Source of the DNA: an uncultured bacterium
GTDB taxonomy: Bacteria > Chloroflexota > UBA5177 > JANWHV01
Direction of reading: 5' to 3'
Length of the DNA stretch: 64,000 nucleotides
Assembly: GCA_963827235.1 (NCBI GenBank)
Contig: CAWHAE010000012.1
Span: 128,001 to 192,000, forward strand
Shown: piece after piece, positions 18,294 to 27,053 of the stretch
Layout of the letters: every line of letters starts with the position of its first letter
How positions within the stretch are numbered: position 1 is the first letter of the stretch
Translations under genes and position numbers: made by a program
The notes under the pieces: model-generated
Told to the model about the DNA's origin: nothing
Databases searched by the model: none
What the model saw: only the letters and a program-made list of their open reading frames with translations

Positions 18294-20582
18294 ATGGCGA
18301 GTCTAGACTCCAACGAATATCCGGCGGACGGAGCCCTGGTCGGCGACGACGGGCGTTCCCGCGGACGCCTGATCGCGGTGCCCTGGCACCGTCTGTTGCT
18401 GGCGGCGATCCTGGCGTTCTCGGGCTGGCTCGACTTCGCGCAGCTCGACCGCTACGGCTACGGCAACTCATACTACGCGGCGGCAGTGCGCAGCATGATG
18501 CAAAGCTGGCACAACTTCTTCTTCGCCTCGTTCGATCCGGGCGGTTTCGTGACCATCGACAAGCCGCCGGTCGGCTTCTGGTTCCAGGTGCTCAGCGCCA
18601 AGATATTCGGCTATAGCGGTGTCAGCCTGCTGCTGCCCTCGGCGCTGGCAGGCGTCCTATCCGTCTGGCTCCTCTACTACCTGGTGAATCGACGCTTCGG
18701 ACACGGTGCCGGCCTGCTGGCGGCGCTGGCGCTCGCCGTGACTCCGGTCGCCGTGGCCAGCAATCGCAGCAACATCATCGACAGCATTCTGGTGCTCTTC
18801 CTGCTTCTCGGCGCCTGGGCGGCGATCACGGCCGCGGAGCGCGGCAGCCTGGGACGGCTGTTGCTCTGCGCGCTCTTCGTCGGTATCGGTTTCAACGTCA
18901 AGATGCTCGAGGCCTACCTTGTGGTGCCTGCCTTTGGCGTGACCTATCTCCTGGGCGCGCACCGCTCCTGGTGGACGCGTATCCGGCATCTGCTGCTTGC
19001 CACGGTCGTGCTGCTTGCCGTGTCGCTGTCCTGGGCCGTGGCCGTAGACCTTACACCTGCCGGCCAGCGGCCGTGGGTGGATTCCACCAGCACCAATTCC
19101 GAGCTGGATCTCGCCCTTGGCTATAACGGGCTCGACCGTCTCCTGGGCATGCACGGCATGGGTGGCCGCGGCGGCCCCAGTGGGAGCTTCGACTTCCAGC
19201 GCCCGGCGCTTTCGGACAGCGGAGTTCGCCTTTCCCGTATCAATCCTGCGCTCGGCCTGGGTGTTCAGTCCGGCGGCGCATCGCCGTCCCAACCGGGCGC
19301 CGGCTCGTTCGACGGCCAGCTTGTTCCGCGGGGCTCGGACTCGTCCCGGTTCGGCGGCGAATTCTCCCGCAGCTTCAATCGAGCTTTCACAGGCGGTCAG
19401 CGCCCCGGCAACGGCGGCGGCATGTTCGACAACGGTACGGCAGGCCCGTTCCGCCTGCTCGGTCAGGCGCTGGGCGGCCAGGCCGGCTGGCTGCTTCCCC
19501 TGGCGGTGCTTGGTCTCCTGGCGGCCGCCAGCAGGCGCCGGATCCGTCTGCCCCTGGATGACCGGCAGCAGGGCATCCTGCTCTGGGGAATCTGGCTGCT
19601 CACCGCGGGCGCTTTCTTCAGCGTGGCCGGCTTCTTCCACAGCTACTACCTGGTGACCCTTGCCCCGGCGGTTGCCGCCCTGGCCGGTATCGGCGGCGCG
19701 GTGCTCTGGCGAGACTACGTGCGCCGCGGGTGGCGAGGCTGGCTGCTGCCGCTCGTGCTGCTGGCCACGGCCGCGGTGCAGGTATCGCTCCTGCAGCCGT
19801 ATGGTGACTGGAGCCGGTGGCTGGACCCGCTCATCCTTTGCGCGGTGGTCGGCGCCTCCGCGGTGCTGGTCGCCGGCCGCATGCGCCGTCCGGCGCGCCT
19901 GCGCCGAGCCGTGCGCCTCTGGACTCCGCTGGCCACGGTCGTGGGCCTGCTGGTACTGCTTGTCGCTCCGGCTGCCTGGTCCTACTACACGACGACGCAG
20001 GGCGGCGGCGGCATGACGCCGGTTGCCGGGCCCTCCGTGGGCGGTTTCGGCTCCGCCGGTGGCCGTGGCGGATTCGGCGGCGGCCTCGGCGGCGATCGGG
20101 GAGGCAGCGACAGTGAGCTGCTCACCTACCTGGAGCAGCACCAGGGAAGCACCAAATACCTGGTAGCCGTGCAGAACTCCAACAGCGCAGCGTCGTATGT
20201 GATCCAGACCGGCAAGCCGGTCATGTCGCTGGGCGGCTTCAGCGGCAGCGATCCTGTCTTGACCTTGAGTGAGCTTCAGCAGCTAGTGAAAGAGAACGTC
20301 GTGCGCTACTTCCTTGGCGTCGGAGGCTTTAGCGGCAACAACGACATCGGGCAGTGGGTGCAGAGCGCCTGCACGGCCGTGACGCTGAGCGGTAGCAGCA
20401 GCTCGTCCCAGCCGTCGGGCACGTCCGCCGGCGGCAGCTCCGGTGCCTCGCTGGGCAACGCGGGCGGAGCCACCCAGCCCGGACCCGGCGGTCCTGGAGG
20501 CGGTGCCGGCGGGCTCAGCTCCGGTGGCGGATTCGGCGGCTCCGGCGGCCAGCTCTATGACTGCGCGCACGCGGTGTCCTGA
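18294..20582 (+). CDS. GT39/ArnT-PMT family membrane glycosyltransferase (YkcB-like), copy 1
   Basis: GNSYYAAAVRSMMQSWHNFFFASFDPGGFVTIDKPP, GFNVKML, GYNGL, SLGGFSGSDP, C-terminal LYDC. Confidence 0.9.
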   Translation: MASLDSNEYPADGALVGDDGRSRGRLIAVPWHRLLLAAILAFSGWLDFAQLDRYGYGNSYYAAAVRSMMQSWHNFFFASFDPGGFVTIDKPPVGFWFQVLSAKIFGYSGVSLLLPSALAGVLSVWLLYYLVNRRFGHGAGLLAALALAVTPVAVASNRSNIIDSILVLFLLLGAWAAITAAERGSLGRLLLCALFVGIGFNVKMLEAYLVVPAFGVTYLLGAHRSWWTRIRHLLLATVVLLAVSLSWAVAVDLTPAGQRPWVDSTSTNSELDLALGYNGLDRLLGMHGMGGRGGPSGSFDFQRPALSDSGVRLSRINPALGLGVQSGGASPSQPGAGSFDGQLVPRGSDSSRFGGEFSRSFNRAFTGGQRPGNGGGMFDNGTAGPFRLLGQALGGQAGWLLPLAVLGLLAAASRRRIRLPLDDRQQGILLWGIWLLTAGAFFSVAGFFHSYYLVTLAPAVAALAGIGGAVLWRDYVRRGWRGWLLPLVLLATAAVQVSLLQPYGDWSRWLDPLILCAVVGASAVLVAGRMRRPARLRRAVRLWTPLATVVGLLVLLVAPAAWSYYTTTQGGGGMTPVAGPSVGGFGSAGGRGGFGGGLGGDRGGSDSELLTYLEQHQGSTKYLVAVQNSNSAASYVIQTGKPVMSLGGFSGSDPVLTLSELQQLVKENVVRYFLGVGGFSGNNDIGQWVQSACTAVTLSGSSSSSQPSGTSAGGSSGASLGNAGGATQPGPGGPGGGAGGLSSGGGFGGSGGQLYDCAHAVS

Positions 20583-23104
20583 TGGCAAGCATTATCGTCG
20601 ATGAGGTCCCTGCCGCGGCAGGACAAGCAGAGCGCCTGGAGGCAGTGTCGCAACGGCGCGTCCTGCCTCTCTGGTGGCCCCGCGTGGCGCTGGCGCCGAT
20701 TCTGGTACTGGCAGGCGTACTGGAGTTCGCGGGTCTGACCGATGAGGGCTACGCGAACTCCTACTACGCGGCCGCCGTCAAGAGCATGCTGACCAGCTGG
20801 CACAACTTCTTCTTTGCCTCGTTCGACTCGGGCGGCTTTGTCAGCGTGGACAAGCCGCCCCTCGGCCTGTGGGTCGAGGTCGCGAGCGCCAAGCTCTTCG
20901 GTTTCAGCAGTTTCAGCATCCTGGCACCCGAGGCGCTGGCCGGCGTGCTCTCGGTGGGCCTGCTGTACCTGCTCGTGGCCCGTCCGTTTGGGCCGGTCGC
21001 CGGGCTCGCCGCCGCGCTGGCCCTGGCCATCACACCGATCACCGTGATCACGGACCGGAACAACACCATCGACAGCCTGCTGATCCTCACCATGTTGCTG
21101 GCATGCCGTGCCGGGATCGCGGCGGCGAACAGCGGGCGGTTGCGGTACCTCGCCCTGGCGGCGGCGCTGGTGGGACTCGGCTTCAACATCAAGATGATGC
21201 AGGCCTATCTCGTGGTGCCCGGCTTGGCGCTCATGTATTTGCTGGGAGCGCCGCGCTCCTGGAAGGCTCGCCTCGGTCACCTGGCCTGCGCGCTGCTCGT
21301 CCTGATCGTCGTCTCGCTGGCCTGGCTGGTGGCAGTAGACATGACGCCGGCATCGGCGCGCCCGTTCGTGAGCGATAGCGGTACCAACTCGGAGCTCAGC
21401 CTCGCCCTCGGCTACAACGGATTGGGACGCGTCACGCAGGCTCTGTTCTCGGGCCTCTCCGGCGTACACGTCTTCGGCATCACCATCGACCTCAACGTCG
21501 TGCCGGCCTTCGCGCCGGAGATCGGCAACCCGGGTCTCAACCGATTGGTGACGCCGGTCATCGCCGAGCAGGCAAGCTGGTTCTTGCCGCTGGCCCTTGG
21601 CGGCCTGCTCGCCGCCTTGATCGGGCTGCGCTGGCGTCTGCCGCTCGACGAGCGCGGCCAATCCGTCGTGCTGTGGGCCGGCTGGCTGGCTGCGGCCTGC
21701 ATCTTCTTCAGCACCGGTCGCTTCTTTCACCTGTACTACCTGGTGATGCTGGCGCCGCCCGTGGCGGCGATGGCAGGGATCGGCGTGGCATCGCTGTGGC
21801 GCTTGTTCGCCCGCGGAGCCTTCGGCGGACGAGGGATCAGCCGCCTGCTCGGTTGGCTGCTGCCGGCCGCGCTGCTGGGTACCGCGTACTTCCAGCTCAC
21901 CCTCGCGCGGGCCTACCCAGATTGGGGAAGCTGGCTGCAGCCGTTGCTCATCGGGGGCTCGATTCTTGCCGCGTTGGCGTTGGCATTGGCGCTGTTGCGC
22001 GTGTACGTGGAGGTCGCGCCGGGCGTCGTGCTGGGAGCCACGCGGGCCTGGGCCGGCACCGCGGTTGCCGTCGGCCTGCTGGCCCTGGTAGTGGCGCCTG
22101 CGTCCTGGTCGTCGCAGGCGGTGGCGGCCGGGCAGGGCAGCGCGTGGCTGCCCCAGGTCGGTCCCGGCGGTGGAAGCCCGGGCGGTGGCTTCGGTGGCGG
22201 CGGATTTCAGGGTGGGCGAAACGGTTTCGGCCAGGGCGCCGGCAGCCAGAACGGCGGCTTCGGCGGCCCCGGCCAGAGCGGGAACGGCTCAACCGGCGGC
22301 GGAGCCGGGGTGCCGGGCCAGGCCGCCAGCAGCCCAGGCAGCGCATCTGGCGGACCCGGGCAGCTTACGGGCGGTTCGAGCAGCGGATCCGGCGGTAATG
22401 GTCAGCCAACGGGAGGCGCCGGGGCTGCCGGCGGCAGCTCGGTCCGGCAGCCGGCGGGCAGTGCTACCGGCAGTTCCGGGTGGTCTAGCCGGGGCGGCAG
22501 CAGCTCCTCGAGCGGGCAGCAAGGCGGATCGCGGCAGCAGTCCGCCGCCGGCGGTGGTTTCGGTGGCGGCTTTGGCGGTGGACGCGGCGGAGGCGGCAGT
22601 GCATTCGCCGGCGGCACCATGACGTTTGCCGGAAACCAGATACCAACGCTGGACTCGAAGCTGGTGGACTATCTGTTGGCAAACCAGCACGGCGCCAAGT
22701 TCCTCGTGGCCACTGCCACCTCGTCCTATGCCAGCCTGTTCATTCTGCAGACGAACCAGCCGGCAATGGCGCTCGGCGGTTATCAGGGCTGGGATCGCAT
22801 TCTCACGCCTGCCACGCTCGCCCGGGCGGTAGCCAGCAATACCGTGCGCTTCTTCTACATCTCAGCCGAGCGCGGCGCCGGACAGTCCTCCGGGACCGGC
22901 GGCGCACAGAGCACTGCGAGCAGCCGCCAGCTTCCCGGCGACAGCGATGCGACCGCCGATCTCACGCAATGGGTGGTAGCGCATTGCAAAGCCGTATCGT
23001 CCAGCACCTACCAGGGCACGTCGAGCACTGCCGCTGGAGGAGGCAGGGACTTCGGCGGAGGCGGACTGCAGCTCTACAGTTGTGCGAGCCTCGTGAAGCA
23101 GTAG
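20582..23104 (+). CDS. GT39/ArnT-PMT family membrane glycosyltransferase (YkcB-like), copy 2
   Basis: Same motif set (NSYYAAAVKSM...DKPP, GFNIKM, GYNGL); TGATG overlap with copy 1; long Gly/Ser insert. Confidence 0.9.
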   Translation: MASIIVDEVPAAAGQAERLEAVSQRRVLPLWWPRVALAPILVLAGVLEFAGLTDEGYANSYYAAAVKSMLTSWHNFFFASFDSGGFVSVDKPPLGLWVEVASAKLFGFSSFSILAPEALAGVLSVGLLYLLVARPFGPVAGLAAALALAITPITVITDRNNTIDSLLILTMLLACRAGIAAANSGRLRYLALAAALVGLGFNIKMMQAYLVVPGLALMYLLGAPRSWKARLGHLACALLVLIVVSLAWLVAVDMTPASARPFVSDSGTNSELSLALGYNGLGRVTQALFSGLSGVHVFGITIDLNVVPAFAPEIGNPGLNRLVTPVIAEQASWFLPLALGGLLAALIGLRWRLPLDERGQSVVLWAGWLAAACIFFSTGRFFHLYYLVMLAPPVAAMAGIGVASLWRLFARGAFGGRGISRLLGWLLPAALLGTAYFQLTLARAYPDWGSWLQPLLIGGSILAALALALALLRVYVEVAPGVVLGATRAWAGTAVAVGLLALVVAPASWSSQAVAAGQGSAWLPQVGPGGGSPGGGFGGGGFQGGRNGFGQGAGSQNGGFGGPGQSGNGSTGGGAGVPGQAASSPGSASGGPGQLTGGSSSGSGGNGQPTGGAGAAGGSSVRQPAGSATGSSGWSSRGGSSSSSGQQGGSRQQSAAGGGFGGGFGGGRGGGGSAFAGGTMTFAGNQIPTLDSKLVDYLLANQHGAKFLVATATSSYASLFILQTNQPAMALGGYQGWDRILTPATLARAVASNTVRFFYISAERGAGQSSGTGGAQSTASSRQLPGDSDATADLTQWVVAHCKAVSSSTYQGTSSTAAGGGRDFGGGGLQLYSCASLVKQ

Positions 23105-23120
23105 GGCCGGATGCCGGCAC

Positions 23121-23864
23121 TCATCGAGGATAGATGCCGCCGTCGAGCCCAATGACCTGGTTGGTCAGGTAGCCGTTGCGCAGCACCGCCATTGCCAGAT
23201 CGGCCACCTCGTGCGGCTGACCGTACCGGCCGACCGGAATGGGAATGGCCGGGCCGCCGTCCGGAGCGGCGGGCAACATGCGCGTATGCTCGACCAGCGC
23301 CGGCGCGATAGCGTTGACGGTGACCCCGCGGCCGGCGACTCGCGCGGCGAGGTAGTGGAGCAGGCCGTGAAGTCCGGCCTTGGATGCCGCGTAATGCGCT
23401 CCTACCACACCGCCGGTGAACGCGGCGACGGACGACGTGAAGAGTACCCGTCCGTATCCGCGTGCCGCCATACCGGGCAGGACTGCCTGGGCGAGCAAGA
23501 ACGGTGCCCGGAGATTCACCGCCATGGTCGTATCCCAGATCTGCAGATCGATTTCGGCGTAGTCCCGCCGGGCGGAATAACCGGCGTTTGGGATCAGCAC
23601 GTCTATCGGTCCCAGGGCCGCGGTAGCCTGCTCGACCAGCAGGGCGGGCACCAGCGGGTCGGCGAGGTCTCCTGCCAGCGCCAGCGCCTCCAGGCCGGCG
23701 TCCCTTGCCTGCGCCAGCAGCGCATCGATCTCGTCGCGGTGGGCGCCGTAGGCAAAGGCCACGCGCACCCCTGCCTCGATCAGCCGCCGCCCCAGCGCCG
23801 CGCCTATCCCTCCCGAGGCGCCGGTCAGCAGCGCTGCGCGTCCCGCCAGATCGCCGTTCTCCAT
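23121..23864 (-). CDS. SDR family oxidoreductase (FabG-like)
   Basis: TGASGGIG, NAG, YAASK; GGGAGG RBS before ATG 23864. Confidence 0.9.
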   Translation of the reverse strand: MENGDLAGRAALLTGASGGIGAALGRRLIEAGVRVAFAYGAHRDEIDALLAQARDAGLEALALAGDLADPLVPALLVEQATAALGPIDVLIPNAGYSARRDYAEIDLQIWDTTMAVNLRAPFLLAQAVLPGMAARGYGRVLFTSSVAAFTGGVVGAHYAASKAGLHGLLHYLAARVAGRGVTVNAIAPALVEHTRMLPAAPDGGPAIPIPVGRYGQPHEVADLAMAVLRNGYLTNQVIGLDGGIYPR

Positions 23865-24288
23865 CTTCGCCTCCCGGTTCATGGTCCAGCCGTGTACATA
23901 CCCACTATACGCTCGTACCGGGAGTCTCCGCCTCCTGTGCGGAGTAGCCGCTGCCGGGCGATCCGGGCCCAACAATTGGGTTGTGCGTACCCCCGCACGA
24001 AGCCCGTGGTCTGCCGGCCCTTCATGCTCACAGTGCTCGGACTTCGCGGTGCCTGCGTGTCGCCCAAACGGTATAGTCGCCGACGGCGCCGCAACAGCGC
24101 CGTCGGCGACTGAAACCTCTGTCGCGCATCGACCACGACCCACTGCGGTGGGTACGGCCGGTACGTTCGTGCCCTACGCTCGAGGCTCTTGCCTACCCCG
24201 GACAACAGTCCCCCCAAGCGCCGCCATGGCGATCGCAATCGCAGGCCGCCATCCCCCGTCCAGCCGGCCACAGCCGCGGAGCCTGCCG

Positions 24289-26397
24289 CTACGGTGCCTG
24301 GGCAGCCTGTACCGGTACAGACTGCACGACCGGCGCGGCGGTATCGTACTGTGAGTTTCCGGCTTCGTTCGCCACCACGGTGCACGTGCCCACGTCGGTC
24401 GGCGTCAGGGTGACGCCGTCCGCCCCCAGCTTGCACGCGCCGCTCGTCGTCAGCATTACGGGCTGGCCCGAGGCTCCCGGATGCGTGACCACTAGCACTG
24501 GCAGTCCGACCGTCAGGTTGGGAAGCTGGTAGATGGTCAGCGTCTGCACGCCCGCGGTTACCGTGATCGTGGTAGTCTCCGTTACCGGCACGTAGCTTGT
24601 CAGATCGCCCGGCGTGAAGGTCGCCGTCAGCACCTGGCTTACCCCAACCGGCAGAACCGTGCCCGCGGCGGGCGCGTAGCTGAAGATGCCCGACACGGGC
24701 GCCGTGGCGTCGAGCTGGTTCGCTCCCAGCGCCGTGCCATGCTTGATGTCGGCGGGACTCGGCCAGGTGATGGCCGGCGCCTCCGGCAAGATCCTGAACG
24801 TTACCGGCTCGGAGTTGAAGCTCATGTAGCCGTTCCCGCCGGGCATGAAGACGCTCACTGTGCAGGTGCCGACGGCGGTCAGGATCACGTGCATGCCGTC
24901 TGTGGTCGTGCATTGTCCCGTTACCCAGAGCGAGGTCGGCGTGCCTCCGGGAATGCTCGTGCCGGTGATCAGGACGGCGGGGTCGCCCAGGTGGTGGTCG
25001 GGTATGGCGTCGATCACATAGTACTCGGGCAGGAGCCTGGTGGCTGCAGCTGCGCCCGAGGGCTCATAGGCGCCGATGGCGCAGGCACCGGCCGACCGGC
25101 TATGGCCGCGCTGGTCGACGCCGCCGACTGGCTCGGCCAGGCAGATCGACGTCAATCCGGCACCCGTGGCGGCGCTGCCTGTTTCCAGCGCCATCGTCTC
25201 GGTCGGGCCTCCGTTGTCGGCCAGTGCACCCAGCAGCGGATCGCCGAATACATCGTGGCTTGCGGACGAGAAGCCGCAGCTATTCGAGGGATGCTCGAGA
25301 TTGCCGCCGAGGTCGGTGAGAGTTCCATCGGCGATGCTGCAAGCGTCGAGTGCGCCGCCATCCGCGCTGTTGGACACGATCGTGTTGCCGATCGAGGTCG
25401 TCCCTCCCCTGATCGCGAATACAGATCCCGCAGGGGCACTGTTGGCGTCGAACGTGCTATTGAGTATCGTGGCGTTGACCCAGGTCCGGATGGCGCCGCC
25501 GGCAGAATCCCCGCCGGCGGGAGTGAACACTGCGTTGCCGATCACGGCCTGCGGAGTACCGTATGACTCCGTCTCGATGGAGTTGCCGGTGAACGTGCTG
25601 TTGGCCACGCTCAATGTCGCGTCACTGGGACCGTCCATCTCGATTGCGCCGCCCAATCTAGCGCTGTTGTCGACGAACGTGCTCTCGAGCACTTCGACGC
25701 TTCCGGCGTGGGCTTCCATGTCGATGGCGCCGCCGATCTCTTCGCCTGCTGCGTTGTTGGCGAAGGTCACGTTGCGCGCGATCACGGTGGCTTCACCATC
25801 CTCAGCCCGTACGGCGCTCAGGCCGTAGGCCAGCGTGATGTTCTGCAGGGTGAGCGACGCGTCCTGCATGTCGAAGATGTCGATGGCATGATTGTCTCCG
25901 CTGATCGTGACGTCATACTTGCCGCCATCGGAGCCGTCGATGCTCACGTCGTCATCGCTCACAGAGATTGCTCGGTCGACCGCGCCCCCGATGACGGAAG
26001 TGGGGCTGAAGGACTGCGAGTCCGGCGTTTCGGCACTGTCGTTTCCGCCAGTCCCGGCGTGCGAGACATTCATGCGCACAGAGCTGAACTCTGACGTGCC
26101 TTGGGGCACGATGGTGTACGGGCCGCTCCCGCCGCTCAGCGTGGCATCGCAGTCAAAGGTGATGGTGTTGCCGTTGTCGAGCGCTCCACCCAGTCCGATG
26201 TCCGGAGTCGTCGCGTTCGGTAGGTATTGGCTATAGCCGCTGGTCGTACAATCGGTCACCACAACCGAGCTCGCGGCTGAGCGGACAACCGACACGCTCA
26301 GCATGCTCGCCGCCAGCAGCATCGCTACCAACAGCCGTATCGCCCGTCCAGCCCCGGCACCCTGTGCTGCGGTCGTTTTCATCCCGATTCGGGTCAT
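24289..26397 (-). CDS. Secreted beta-helix/polymorphic-repeat (choice-of-anchor Q-like) protein with C-terminal Ig-like repeats
   Basis: Signal-like N-terminus; repeated FxxN...GGAI; LGALADNGGPTETMAL...DQRG...IGAYE motif; ITWPSPADIKHGTAL and QTLTI Ig-like modules. Confidence 0.82.
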   Translation of the reverse strand: MTRIGMKTTAAQGAGAGRAIRLLVAMLLAASMLSVSVVRSAASSVVVTDCTTSGYSQYLPNATTPDIGLGGALDNGNTITFDCDATLSGGSGPYTIVPQGTSEFSSVRMNVSHAGTGGNDSAETPDSQSFSPTSVIGGAVDRAISVSDDDVSIDGSDGGKYDVTISGDNHAIDIFDMQDASLTLQNITLAYGLSAVRAEDGEATVIARNVTFANNAAGEEIGGAIDMEAHAGSVEVLESTFVDNSARLGGAIEMDGPSDATLSVANSTFTGNSIETESYGTPQAVIGNAVFTPAGGDSAGGAIRTWVNATILNSTFDANSAPAGSVFAIRGGTTSIGNTIVSNSADGGALDACSIADGTLTDLGGNLEHPSNSCGFSSASHDVFGDPLLGALADNGGPTETMALETGSAATGAGLTSICLAEPVGGVDQRGHSRSAGACAIGAYEPSGAAAATRLLPEYYVIDAIPDHHLGDPAVLITGTSIPGGTPTSLWVTGQCTTTDGMHVILTAVGTCTVSVFMPGGNGYMSFNSEPVTFRILPEAPAITWPSPADIKHGTALGANQLDATAPVSGIFSYAPAAGTVLPVGVSQVLTATFTPGDLTSYVPVTETTTITVTAGVQTLTIYQLPNLTVGLPVLVVTHPGASGQPVMLTTSGACKLGADGVTLTPTDVGTCTVVANEAGNSQYDTAAPVVQSVPVQAAQAP

Positions 26398-27053
26398 TCT
26401 CGTCAGTCCTCTGCAATCTCGCTTATTGTCGCTGCCATCAATCCCCGCCCCCGAGCGATCGGTCGCATGCGCAGACTCGAGATTCCCCACCTCGTGGACT
26501 GCCCTCGTTGCCGCTCAGGCCCGGTTTTCCCTGATCGTCGCCGCGTCGCTCCGACTATGCCGAAGCCTTGAAGACATGCCGGCGCGCAGACAACGGCCTG
26601 CAACCGCGCGCCCTGGTGCCGGCACCGCCGCTCTGACCCTCGCGCGGCGCAACACTCCTTTCCAATCACGGCCCGGTGCGTTCCTGCAGGACTCTGCGCC
26701 GACCGCGGTATGCCAACCGTCGCGTGGACAGCGCGCCGCGAGTATGCCGGACCGGGCGTGTCCGCATTTCGCGCCCACGGCGTCGCAGACCGACCATTTG
26801 TACACTGCAGGATACAGTATTGCTCAGCCTGTCTAGGCCAGGCAATGGGACATGTCCACGTCGTGATGTCGTGCAGGTGTGGCGGTTTCACCACGTTGGC
26901 AATGCTTGCCGGTATTTTGCGTCCCAGCCTATGGTGAAGTCACGCCGGTTTCCCCATGCGCGACGACGCTGATACCCCGGACTCCACTCCGCTCCTGCGG
27001 CTCGCACCTTGGCCTGAGTATAGTGGTAGCCCCGGTGTGGTCCATGCCTCGGG

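Noticed and set aside
22150-22620. GGC-rich repetitive DNA
   Set aside because: Explained by in-frame Gly/Ser-rich coding sequence of the GT39 gene
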